From the NCBI RefSeq assembly GCF_018350175.1, contig NC_058368.1:152832001-152896000 (forward strand): 64,000 nucleotides of DNA, read 5' to 3'. The notes under the pieces are model-generated. The model worked only from the letters and a program-made list of their open reading frames with translations. It searched no databases and was not told the origin of the DNA. Shown here piece after piece: positions 13,103-24,309 of this stretch; position 1 is the first letter of the stretch; each line of letters begins with the position of its first letter. The DNA is from Felis catus (lineage: Eukaryota). Made by a program: the position numbers and the translations under genes.

Positions 13103-13267
13103 GTAATGGTTGATGAATCTCTTTTGTCTGATGACCCTGATTCATATGTGACATTGACAGTTGTCCGGTCCCTAGGAGGAAAAGGAGCTGTTCGACTTCA
13201 GTGGACCATAGATGAGACAGCTAAAAATGATCTCAGGCCTTTGAATGGGACGCTTCTTTTTGATGAG
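13103..13267 (+). CDS. ADGRV1: ADGRV1 exon (window exon 7, ~59), 165 nt, phase 0-0
   Basis: cttttag|GTA ATG GTT...GAT GAG|gtatcg; VMVDESLLSDDPDSYVTLTVVRSLGGKG...NGTLLFDE. Confidence 0.95.
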
Positions 13268-13818
13268 GTATCGTCAGCATCAGGACTCCTGTAGTTTTTC
13301 TCAAACTTGTGTTTGTTTTTTTCCCATAGTACTGCTTATGAATTCGTATGATAGTATATACTATGTGTGGAATTTATTTGAAATCATAGGCACTTTGGAG
13401 GAAAATCACACACATACCTGATGTCTAAAATCTAACTTAATTTCAGACACTGCCTCCATCCCTCAACGTTTCCTCTCCTGACTGAGGGTAAAACCCATCA
13501 ACCAAGCTGGACATCTGGGAGTTATCCCCATTTCCACCCATTCTGTAACTCTTATTTGATCCCAAGTCTCGTCAATGTTTAGACAGTTTAGAGGTTATGT
13601 TAATTTTCCCCCTTCTTTCCAATTAAAAACTTACATGGGATTTTTGGTCAGAGCTAATTTTTATATAGTAATTTTTCTAGAAGCAACTCATAATTCTAAG
13701 GTACAAAAAGACACTTGAAAAAATACTTATGGGCATAAACATTATTCTGCTAATGAGAACTCTCAAAATTTGGCTTTTATCAATCCAGAAAATTTATTAT
13801 TCTTCTCATTTGATGTAG

Positions 13819-13936
13819 ACAGAGTCTGAAAAGACCATTGTGTTGCACACGCTTCATGATACTGTGTTGGAGGAGGACAGGCGTTTTACCATTCAGTTGA
13901 TACCAACTGATGAAGTAGAAATATCTCCAGTGAAAG
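13819..13936 (+). CDS. ADGRV1: ADGRV1 exon (window exon 8, ~60), 118 nt, phase 0-1
   Basis: gatgtag|ACA GAG TCT...GTG AAA G|gtaaga; TESEKTIVLHTLHDTVLEEDRRFTIQLIPTDEVEISPVK. Confidence 0.93.
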
Positions 13937-14083
13937 GTAAGAGAAATTCACATGTTTGGAAATTAGAAAGTAGATACTCAGGAAAATATAACCAAATAAT
14001 GAGTAGTTACAAAGTTAGGTTTTATAATTACTAAAATGCTTGCTGAAACATAAGCTAACTCACTTGTATGACAGCCAAAGAGG

Positions 14084-14311
14084 TTTTTTTTTTTTAATTT
14101 TTTTTTTCCAACGTTTATTTATTTTTGGGACAGAGAGAGACAGAGCATGAACAGGGGAGGGGCAGAGAGAGAGGGAGACACAGAATCGGAAACAGGCTCC
14201 AGGCTCTGAGCCATCAGCCCAGAGCCTGACGCGGGGCTCGAACTCCCGGATCGCGAGATCGTGACCTGGCTGAAGTCGGACGCTTAACCGACTGCGCCAC
14301 CCAGGCGCCCC
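14084..14311 (-). mobile_element. CanSINE, young feline subfamily
   Basis: GGCGCAGTCGG and CAGCCAGGTCACG diagnostics; TSD AGCCAAAGAG. Confidence 0.96.
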
Positions 14312-15699
14312 AGCCAAAGAGTTTTTAAAAGTGAAATTCTAATACCTGATTGGTATTGGAATTGGTAAAGTTATATATCAAAGATTTTACAGTACTTAGC
14401 TCTGTGATTTTTTAAAAGATGTTTGTTGTTGTGATGTTTGTAAAGTAAAATATGGAAGCTTCCTAAAACGTCCATGAATAGGAGACTGGTTAATTATGAC
14501 AGAGTACCATATAAGTATTCAAAAGGATATAGCTGAAAAAGCTTTAATTACATTAAACATTAAAAACACTTAGTTACGTGGATAATTGCTGTGTTATAGC
14601 AGGCTTCATAACATGTTCAGAGTTATCCCATTTTTTCACGTGCATGTTATAAGTGTGTTTGGAATTACTTACTTGAAATGTTGATAGTGTGATTTGATTA
14701 CCTATATTTTCTACACATTTATAATTGTCACATATGGCTTTTATAATAAAATATTATTTTAAAACTTAGCATATTATGTCTGTTTCAGGCTAGCTATGTC
14801 TATTTTCATCTGAAAGTGATTACTTCAATATTTTGACATTTCAGAAATAGGCATCGTAATTCTCATTTGTGTATGGTCCTTATGAAAATTTGTTTCCTAT
14901 CTGAAGTGAAAGGGTTAATGGTCCTAAAATGGTTGCATTGTGGTACAGACAATAATAACCATTAAAAAATGGCCCAGCAACTTTGATATGAAAGCTTAGT
15001 GACATACGTGCCCTTTTTTAACATCAGTAGCTCCATCCTATGGAGTTGGTCTGTGGCCGAAAAAGCAGAATTCCAGGCCAAAGAGATTCTCAAAATTGTA
15101 GAGAATATCACTGTATGTACTTAAGGTAGTTCTTTTCTCATTTTTCTCTAGAGTACTTTCCAACAAACCTCTGAGGGAATCATATGATTACACCATATTC
15201 TTCCATACATCTTAAGTTAGCTCAGTTGTCTACGTCACATTAGATGTCAGACTGATGTCATATAGACTAACTAGACATAAGACTAAGAATATACCTATGG
15301 TTCAGGATGAATAATTTATTAATATAAAAAATATATTTCGAATTGTGGCGTACTTGGACATGACGGACCACTCTTAGTTTTATTAATCCATTGCCAAAGA
15401 AAGTGAGAGTATAGTTACTCAGTCCTTTTTTTCATAAAACCCTAATATTAGCTTCTGGAAACACTTTCCTTCAAGTTAGTGCTAAACTATAATATGAATA
15501 CTCGTATTACTTCTTATAATTTTTCTTTCTATTATTTAGCTCGCTTTTTATAAATGCTTGTAAGCAAATAGCGGATTCAGAAAATTAAAACTAAAAACTA
15601 CCCCAAGAATTCTTACTTTTGCCACATAGCCAGTTTTAGTGAACTGCAAAATGGTCATTGCAGAAGTAAATTAATGCAAATGGTGGAAGAGTACTCTCT

Positions 15700-15925
15700 T
15701 ATTATGAGAGTGATAGTGGAATTATTGTCCACTTTCTCCTGCACCCTTTCATTAAAATATGATTTGGGGCAAGTTTTTTGCCTCACTGTCTTGAGTGCCT
15801 CAATGCGCTTAAATAATTTCATTGGGAAAATGAGGATAAATGAGGATAATGTTAGCACCTAGTTCATATGATTTCCATGACCATTGACTCACAGGATTAG
15901 TATATATGTAAAGTGCTGAGAATTT
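15700..15925 (+). mobile_element. MIR relic
   Basis: ATGATTTGGGGCAAGTT...TGCCTCAAT...GAAAATGAGGATAA...ATATGTAAAGTGCT. Confidence 0.55.
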
Positions 15926-15992
15926 TGCTAGGTGTATAATAAGTGAATACATATGTTTGTTTCATTCATGTTATGTGTCATCTTCAACTCAG

Positions 15993-16116
15993 GTAGTGCA
16001 TCAATAATCATTCGGGGAGATAAGGGAACATCAGGAGAAGTTGGGATTGCTCCATCATCTAAGCATGTCCTCATTGGGGAACCCTCAGGAAAATACAATG
16101 GTACTGCTATCATCAG
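15993..16116 (+). CDS. ADGRV1: ADGRV1 exon (window exon 9, ~61), 124 nt, phase 1-2
   Basis: aactcag|GT AGT GCA...ATC AG|gtatgg; GSASIIIRGDKGTSGEVGIAPSSKHVLIGEPSGKYNGTAII. Confidence 0.95.
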
Positions 16117-16994
16117 GTATGGGCTTCATGCTTTTTCTTTGCTTAGGTGGAGATTTTGAACTTTTATTTAAAATCCTTAGCATTTTTATGTAAGTGCATT
16201 GTTTTCATCACATACATATTCTTCAGACATCATCATTTTATATTTTAGTAACATCGTATGGAAAGTAGAAAAAAGTTTTGCTAAAAATTAAAGACCTATC
16301 CTGACCTATCTTGAAGTTAGATCATGAAGAATATTTAGGAAAAGTTTCTTCAACAGATATGTATTGATCATACGGTTGCATATTCCCAAATCTTGACATC
16401 TAATGATCATGACTGCTACTTGGGTGATTTGCACAACCTACGACAAGGAAAGCACCTTCACTTAACATCAGGAGATCTGATGCTTTCACCCTGTTCTGTC
16501 ACTCACCGTGTCAAATAAGAGAGTTACTTCCTGTCTGTAAGCTCGTGTCTTAGCTACAAAATCATTCCTTTGAAAATCCTCTGGATCAAACATTTTATGA
16601 TTCTAAGTGTTCTAAAATTAGGCCCTATATATAATTAGGGCCTATTAAAGTAGTATGATCATAGGCAGTTTTCTTTATTACAAGTTTTCTCATGAAGAGA
16701 GGAACAGCTATCAATGAAAAAACCGAATTTGGGTTAATACTTTATCTTTTTCGTAGTTTTCCTCTAGTGTTCTTTGTATCAAGTGCTGTTTTTTAAGAGA
16801 ACTGTGGTAAACTATTCATATTTTGCCCCTTGTGTATTACATGAAAAGTCTGTAAATACTTTCTTTTAAATCCCTTTAAAAGAATACAGGTTTTGTCTGT
16901 ATTGTTGTTGAAAGACACAGAAAATATTTAGGAAATATATTTAGGAAAAATTACTTCAACAAAATCGTACTGATTATACCTTTGTATATTATAG

Positions 16995-17133
16995 CCTCAT
17001 TCGTGGTTCAGCGATTTGGGGGGAGGTCACTGTGTACTGGAGGATATTCCCTCCTTCTGTGGGAGAATTTGCTGAAATATCAGGGAAACTGACATTGCGA
17101 GATGGACAGTCTGCAGCAGTTGTAATAATACAG
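16995..17133 (+). CDS. ADGRV1: ADGRV1 exon (window exon 10, ~62), 139 nt, phase 2-0
   Basis: attatag|C CTC ATT...ATA CAG|gtatca; SLIRGSAIWGEVTVYWRIFPPSVGEFAEISGKLTLRDGQSAAVVIIQ. Confidence 0.95.
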
Positions 17134-17307
17134 GTATCAATCAATATTACTCGTTTCTATTATTCCCTTTGTTCTGTGTGTGTTGGGGGGGTGGGGTGGT
17201 TGGGGGTTGTTGATATCCCTGAGTTTGTTGTTGTTGTTTACGTGATAGGCATTTTTCTTTAAATGTTATAGATCCTACTGATAACGTCTCTTTCTGTCCT
17301 TCTTTAG

Positions 17308-17493
17308 GCTTTGAATGATGACATTCCTGAGGAGAAGAGCTTCTATGAGTTTCAGCTCACTGGGGTCAGTGAGGGGGGGATACTAAGTGAATCCCGCAGC
17401 ACTGCTGGTATCACAGTGGTGGCCAGTGACTTTCCCTATGGCCGATTCTCCTTTTCACATGAGCAACTTCGAGTGTCAGAGGAAGCCAAAAGG
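17308..17493 (+). CDS. ADGRV1: ADGRV1 exon (window exon 11, ~63), 186 nt, phase 0-0
   Basis: tctttag|GCT TTG AAT...AAA AGG|gtagag; ALNDDIPEEKSFYEFQL...SDFPYGRFSFSHEQLRVSEEAKR. Confidence 0.93.
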
Positions 17494-17842
17494 GTAGAGT
17501 GTAAAATGCTTAAAATCTTAAATACCATTTTAGTTTCTATTTTTTTGTGAGTGATTTTTTTTGGCAAGCTTGATTAAGCTTTAATTTAAATATTAAGAGT
17601 TAATGTAGCAAGTTATAGTGTGAGTGATCTTGACAAAGTATTTCCTTGTTCATTTTCCATAGTTTTCACAAACTAATTTGCTAATATCATTATTTTAACA
17701 TATAATTTATAAACTTTTATATATTTATTTACAATCTTAACATAACCCTGATAAACATAGAAAATTAGTTAGAAATGATAAAAATTAAGTATTGTCTGGT
17801 AGATAAAGCATCCAAATTAAATAAAAACTGCTTCTTGCATAG

Positions 17843-18075
17843 GTGAACATCACAGTCATCCGTTCAGATGGATCATTGGGTCCTGTGAGACTCTGGTATG
17901 AGACCGTGAGTGGGACAGCAGAGGCAGGCTTGGATTTTATCCCTGCGGTGGGGGAGCTGTTCTTTGAAGCAGAGGAGATGGCAAAAAGTGTGCCGATTGA
18001 AATACTTGATGATGGTCTTCCAGAAGGCCCAGAGGAATTTTCTCTAGTAATTACAAAGGTGGAACTCCTGGGAAG
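17843..18075 (+). CDS. ADGRV1: ADGRV1 exon (window exon 12, ~64), 233 nt, phase 0-2
   Basis: tgcatag|GTG AAC...GGA AG|gtaaag; typical Calx-beta VNITVIRSDGSLGPVRLWYETVSGTAEAGLDF...ILDDGLPEGPEEFSL. Confidence 0.95.
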
Positions 18076-18687
18076 GTAAAGAAAATTGGGAAAAAGCAAA
18101 CAAAAAAAGAGAGAGGGAGAAGAATATTTGTTGTGGGGATTAATACTGAACTTGTTCTTTTTCAGATTTATGTGACAGTGGGACAGGACATAGAAGGGAA
18201 ATTATGATAAAGGATGTTAATTATACAGTGTTCTAAAGTATTATTTTTCTCCTAAAGTTGAAAGTATGTTGTTTTTCTTGTGAGAATTCACTCTGGGTAG
18301 TCAGGGAATTGAACATGGCATGGGCTTGTAATAATTTGGTAACCTCTATCTCTACACCTGTGAAAGGACTGAGTGAGAGATTTCTTTCCTTGGTATCTCT
18401 GAAGGCCGTGTTATCTTCTGTGGGGGAAGGAGGTGGTTGCTTGCCCATCAGCAGTTTCTAACTGGGGAAAAATTTGAGTCAAAGATAGTTGTTAGCGGTG
18501 CACCAGGATTTTATTGAAGATTAAGAATTAACCATACTGAGCCTGTCTCACTCCCTGATTTGGTGGGAGCAGACTTGATGAACAAGGACAGAAACTCCTT
18601 ACACATGCTGTAGTAGCCCAGGGAGTATGTCTGCTCTGACAGACTACACAAAACCTGCAACTAGAATAATGTTTGCATTTATGTAAG

Positions 18688-18854
18688 TTTTTTAAATGTT
18701 TATTTATTTATCTTGAGAGAGAGAGATTGAATCCCAAGCAGGCTCTGCACTGTCAGCACAGCCCGGCGTGGGGCTTGAACTCACAAACCCTGAGATCATG
18801 ACCTGAGCTGAAATCAAGTGAGATGCTCAGTGGACTGAGCCTCCCAGGCGCCCC
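18688..18854 (-). mobile_element. CanSINE (short/older type)
   Basis: Head GGGGCGCCTGGGAGGCTCAGT on the minus strand; TSD CATTTATG. Confidence 0.9.
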
Positions 18855-19075
18855 TACATTTATGAGTCTCAAAGGAATTTTTCTTGTGCATGAATATGTT
18901 TTTGCATCTGTTATATGCATGCCATGCTTTAAAAGCTGTTTCCAGCTAAAATTTTTCACTGTGTGACTTAGGTAGAGTATATATCATTCCACTTGGAAAA
19001 AAATACTGTGGATATGTGTACACTTCAAGCCTTAAATTTCCCAGAAATGATTCTGTGTCTGGCAATGGTAATTAA

Positions 19076-19637
19076 TTTTTTTTTACTGGAAAAATAACTT
19101 TATTTTCTTCAGGGGTGTGGACAGATGTCTAATATCAGAACTCAAGGAATTGCTTCCTGGTGCTAGCAGCCTTCATGACTTTGAACCTGTTGAGTGCAAG
19201 TCTGGCTCAGGGGCTGGCATGCACCCACTGTGACAATGTCACTGACCTGGACATCCCTGAAGCATGGGGAGAGGTGCACAGACAAGTTCTTAAAGCCTTT
19301 CTCAAAGTAGTTCTACTCTTGAATGTAGTGGAGGGAGGCTCAGTGGATGACAGTGGTCCTCTCCTTCTTCATCTCGGTCACCACACCAGACAGAATCTGC
19401 CCTTGGATGGAGACATTACCAGGAAAGGGGCATTTTTGTCAAATGGGTGCCTTCAGTGGCCTCCTTGGGCATCTTGAAGCCCAGACCAATGTTTTTGCAG
19501 TATCACAGGAGCGTCTCCTTGCCAGTTTATCCAAGCAGGACCCTCTTCTTACTTTGAAAGTGGTTACATGCTTTTGGTAGGCATCCTTAGTCTGAATGTC
19601 CACCATCTTCCTGGCCATCTGAAAAAAGGAAAACCGA
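19076..19637 (-). pseudogene. RPS11: Processed pseudogene of 40S ribosomal protein S11, full length, antisense in an ADGRV1 intron
   Basis: Minus strand: pyrimidine 5' leader, ATG at 19606 (MVDIQTKDAYQK), motifs [25 protein letters not shown] and [15 protein letters not shown] at 19137-19135, AATAAA at 19104-19099, poly(A) at 19084-19076; intronless with several frameshifts and stops; degenerate TSD CAATGG.AAT.AATTTT at 19063 and 19638. Confidence 0.93.
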
Positions 19638-20376
19638 CAATGGGAATGAATTTTAGCTTACATTAAATGTGTTAAAATTTGTGCTGCTCGCTGTTTTCAT
19701 TAAGTAAGTGAAATTTAGTCAAATTAACTCATTAAGTGTGGAGATAACATCTGTGTTATTGGCTAACTATGACTTGGCCTTAAAAAGCAATTCCTGCTTA
19801 AGTTTAATTCTGAGAAAACCAAGTTTTTCCTTCTAGGTGAATTTCTAGGTTTCCTTTGATTTGAAAAAGCAAAGTTGTATGATCTCATTTTGCCTAGTTG
19901 CTAGAAAATTTACTTCTTTGGGATTAAGGGAATCAGGTCATCTACAGTCCATCTCAGACAACTGTTAACATTGACTCTTATTTAATAGTTTAATCCCCAG
20001 TTTTCTAATGTTGCCTTACAAATAATCTTATTAATCAGCTTTCAACCTTTTGAAACTATGTAGCATAAAAACACCAGGCAAATAGAATTTGAGAATTGAA
20101 GAAAAGACTGAAATGGTTTTGTGACATTTTTTAGCTTCAGGAATTAAAGTGATATAAAACTCTGGAGGTCACAACTTTTCTTCATGGGGAAAAACATCAA
20201 TCAAAAAAAAAAAAGGTGACTTCCTCAGCAGAAATATGTCATTAGCCAAGTGAACTACCATGTGAATTAAAGAATAGAGGCATTGATTGCAGTTGGTGTC
20301 CACAGAGATATTTTCTTATAGCTTGAAATTTCTTTAGTGGCATGACACCCTTTTTTTCCTTAAAGTAACCCTTTCA

Positions 20377-20589
20377 GGGATACCTGGGTGGCTCAGTTGG
20401 TCGAGTGTCCAACTTCGGCTCAGGTCATGATCTCTCAGTCTGTGAATTCGAGCCCTGTGTCGGGCTCTGTGCTAACAGCTCAGAGCCTGGAGCCTGCTTC
20501 GGATTCTGTATCTCCTTCTTTCTCTGCCCCTCCCTGCTCGTGCTCTGTCTCTCTCTCTCTCTCAAAAATGAATAAACATTAAAAAAAAG
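20377..20589 (+). mobile_element. CanSINE (first of a tandem pair)
   Basis: Complete body and A tail. Confidence 0.93.
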
Positions 20590-20606
20590 TTAAGGTCACC
20601 CTTTTC

Positions 20607-20837
20607 GGGGAGCCTGGGTGCCTCAGTCAGTTAAGTCTTGATTTTGGCTCAGGTCATTATCTCACGGTTTGTGGCAATGAGCCCCATATTGAGCTCTGCA
20701 GTCTCATTGGGCCCTGTGCTGATAGCACAGAGCATGCTTGAGATTCTCTCTCTTCCTCTCTCTCTGTTCCTCCCCGCGTACAAATGCACTCGCTTGTTCT
20801 GTCTCTTTTTCAAAATGTAAATAAACATAAAAAAATT
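20607..20837 (+). mobile_element. CanSINE (second of the tandem pair, more diverged)
   Basis: GGGGAGCCTGGGTGCCTCAGTCAG head, A tail. Confidence 0.9.
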
Positions 20838-21247
20838 TTAAAGTAACCCTTTCATCCTGACACTGTGGCTGTGGCCCAGCTGGTTTCCTGTCTCAGAGTG
20901 CACTACAGTTTCATGTACATCCTCTTCCTTGGCCCATCACTGTTGGATGAGTTTATCAATGCATTCATCACCCAGAGGTTCATTTTACAACTTTTTCCCA
21001 ATTTCCCAATAGTCTTTTTCTCGTTTAATAACTTTATATTGGTTTAGGTTTCATGCAGGCAGTGATAATTGGGAGCAGCACAGAAGTCTGTTTCAGACAT
21101 CATTTCAGGAAAAAGAAATATTTTAGTGTTGGGATCTTTAAAAATATAAGAACACTTAATAGGACTAAGTTATAGGAGCTAAGAGGGCATTTCAATGAAC
21201 AATTATTTACTCTTTTTCTTTTATTATTTTTTTTATGACTTCGCAAG

Positions 21248-21396
21248 CGGGTATGATTTTACCATTCAAGAAAATGGACTTCAGATAGATCAACCTCCTG
21301 AAATAGGAAACATCTCCATTATTCGAATCATAATAATGAAAAATGATAATGTAGAGGGTGTCATTGAATTTGACCCAAGATACACTGCCTTTGAAG
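21248..21396 (+). CDS. ADGRV1: ADGRV1 exon (window exon 13, ~65), 149 nt, phase 2-1
   Basis: ttcgcaag|C GGG TAT...GAA G|gtaagt; SGYDFTIQENGLQIDQPPEIGNISIIRIIIMKNDNVEGVIEFDPRYTAFE. Confidence 0.93.
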
Positions 21397-21429
21397 GTAA
21401 GTTTTCAGTAATCTTATACATTTGCCGCT

Positions 21430-21654
21430 TTCTTTTTTCAAAAAGGTTTTTTAAATTTATTTATTTCGAGAGAGAGAGAGAGAGATAGACAGACGATGGG
21501 AGTAGGGGAAGGGCAGAGAGAGAGAATTCCCAAGCAGGCCCCACCCTGTCAGCATAGAACCTGAGCGGGGCTCAGTCTCGTGAACCGTGAGATCCATGAC
21601 CTGAGCCGAAATCAAGAATTGGATGCTTAATCGACTGAGCCACCCAGGTGCCCC
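21430..21654 (-). mobile_element. CanSINE
   Basis: Antisense copy starting about 35 nt after the window exon 13 donor. Confidence 0.9.
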
Positions 21655-22775
21655 TACATGTACACCTTTATATGTATTTACATATATTTATATATTTTAT
21701 TTGTAAAATATATTTTGAGTTATCTTTGGGCAGTATGAACCTTACTCGTGTGTGGCAAAGCTGAATGGTAAGGAACGAGGCTTTAGAAAACCCATTGAAC
21801 CTTAGGATTATTGCAATGTTTAGATTTCAGTCATCTTCATAAAGTATCTTTCTCATTTATGAAATCATTTCCTCTGTGATTAGAAATCAGTGAATATTCA
21901 GTTTCTAATAAATAATCAGATTTGAAATGACCGTTTTACTGGACTGCAGATACAATGCAGGTGGTATCTGGGCACCTACTCGTACTTTCTTGTGACAGTT
22001 CCTAACAGCAGCCACCTACTGTTGCCTGTTCTCCACCCCTCTAGAAGCAGAATGCATGATCTATGGCTGTAATCACTCCTGGGGAAAAAGGGGCTGCTTT
22101 TTTATTTTATTTAAAGGTAGAATATGAACATGCCTTTCAAAATAATCATGTTATCTTCTTGCTGCAATTAACTTTTTGACTTCATTGCCTCCATCAAATT
22201 CATTGGTTATGTACCCATTTTTAAAGCTCATCAGAAATCATTTTGCAATTGATTAATATCGACTTTATGGATATGGAAGACATCACTCTTTTGTGAACTT
22301 CAGTCTACAGTTAATAAAAGTCATGCTTCAGTTTTATACCAAGAAATAAATAAATCACTTAGAATTTTTGTGTTCAGTGATTTCTGTTTGATTTGTTGTC
22401 TTTGGAGCAATGTATATTTATAACTACAGTGTAAATTCAGCACTATTTAGCTGTAGCTAACATGAACTGTTGGCTAATGTAAATATAGCTAGTGTAAACT
22501 ATTAAATGACATTTTAATTTACAGAGGTTGGCATAGCTTAAGAGGAAGTAAATTTTTGAAAAGAATTTCTAAGTTGAAATTAAACTTTGAGGATACATTT
22601 TCACATTCTCAAATATATTTCATCGGAACTCAAGAAGTAATAGAATTATATTTACATGTGGACTTCTAAAACATTCATATGATATAATTAACATTAACCA
22701 CAGTTATTTATATTACATAGATTTCAACTAAATGTAGCAGCAGTCCAGAATACTTTCCTTTGAGGACACATATTT

Positions 22776-22838
22776 TAAGGGTTTTTCATGTTCATCTAGC
22801 ATTGTCTAAGGGTTTTTCATATTCATCTAGCATTGTCT
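22776..22838. repeat. 31-bp tandem duplication (2 copies)
   Basis: TAAGGGTTTTTCAT(G/A)TTCATCTAGCATTGTC twice. Confidence 0.95.
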
Positions 22839-23148
22839 TGGAAAGCAAGCATCATTTATTTGTATGTAGCACACAGAGGAAGAATTCCTGTGCTAATGAT
22901 TAAATAGGTTATTTCAATTCTAACTTACAATGCTCACTATAATTTTTAACTTATGACAAACTGCATTTCTCATAAAAAATGTCTTGAAATTTTCACTAAT
23001 ATTTTTTAAATGATAAATGAACTATGGAAACATTGAGGGCTTGCACAACTGTACTGTTATATTTAATTGCTATGTTTAATTTGACTGAGTCTTATAAAAG
23101 ATAGTGGTTTTGTCTGGCATACCAGTTAATTACATATTCCTGCCATAG

Positions 23149-23350
23149 TGGAAGAGGATGTTGGAGTGATTATGATTCCAGTGGTGAGGCTGCAGGGGAC
23201 TTATGGCCGTGTGACTGCTGATTTCATCTCTCGGAGTTCCTCTACAGTTCCTGCCGGTGTGGATTATATACTGCATGGCAGTTCAATCACCTTTCAGCAT
23301 GGACAGAATTTAAGTTTTATAAATGTCTCCATCATTGATGATAATGAAAG
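23149..23350 (+). CDS. ADGRV1: ADGRV1 exon (window exon 14, ~66), 202 nt, phase 1-2
   Basis: gccatag|TG GAA GAG...GAA AG|gtaata; VEEDVGVIMIPVVRLQGTYG...INVSIIDDNE. Confidence 0.95.
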
Positions 23351-23869
23351 GTAATACTATTTAGTAATGTTGGAAATACTTTGGGCATATGTAAAGCAGG
23401 ATTTTTGTGTTCCAGTCTTTACCCATGTTTTGCACTGATAACAGGATTTTAGGTTATACATGTGCCAATTGAGAAATTCATGAGAAACTTTTATGGGGGC
23501 TGGGGTAGGGAAGAAGGGATCAGGAGACCATTAGGATTGTCTTTGTCACTTTTTGCATATAGAGGGAAACAATAAATTTTTGTTCTTTTAGATTTGAAAA
23601 GTCTAATCAGTATGTAGAAGCATCCTGCAATTCACTTCCTTAATGCATTAAGCAATTCAAAAGAGAGGAAGAACGTCTAATAACTATTGCAGGTTATGTA
23701 ATATTGAAGTTGATCATTCATGCTTTTAGCTAAGCACCCTCTTCGTACCACTGGTGTATGAATGCTGTGCCTTGAATATGTATGACCAATTTGGAAAATG
23801 ACTAGTTATTTGGGTTTTAGAAGCATTTTAATATGTTTAAACTCAGAATTGCTCCTTCTTGCTATGCAG

Positions 23870-24089
23870 TGAATTTGCAGAGCCCGTTGAAATTTTGCTC
23901 ATTGGAGCGACTGGAGGAGCGGTCCTTGGGCGCCACCTAGTGAGCAGAATCACAATTGCCAAGAGTGACCCTCCGTTTGGCGTTATAAGATTTCTTAATG
24001 AAAGCAACATTTCTGTTCCTAATCCCCATTCCACAATGATTCTATCCTTGCTGCTGGAGCGGGCTGGAGGACTCTTGGGAGAGATTCAG
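23870..24089 (+). CDS. ADGRV1: ADGRV1 exon (window exon 15, ~67), 220 nt, phase 2-0
   Basis: tatgcag|T GAA TTT...ATT CAG|gtagag; SEFAEPVEILLIGATGGAVLGRHLVSRITIAKSD...GGLLGEIQ. Confidence 0.95.
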
Positions 24090-24309
24090 GTAGAGTTCTT
24101 CTTCCCATGGTTTGAAAAATGATAGCTTGAGTATGGAGCTGGATTTTCTTACTATTCAAATATATCCATTTATGTATTTGCAATAATATTTATTAATTAC
24201 CTAATAGGGGTAAAGTGGCTTCCAGGTCCTATAAGTCCATAAAAATGTATGAGACAAGCTGTCATCAGAATCTCTCGAGAGCAAGTTAGAAATAAAATGA
24301 AGAATTCTT

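Noticed and set aside
16619..16644. 9-bp-stem hairpin TAGGCCCTA...TAGGGCCTA
   Set aside because: Short enough to occur by chance in 64 kb and has no supporting context
19160..19580. Two + strand ORFs of 105 and 77 aa
   Set aside because: They are antisense frames of the RPS11 retrocopy
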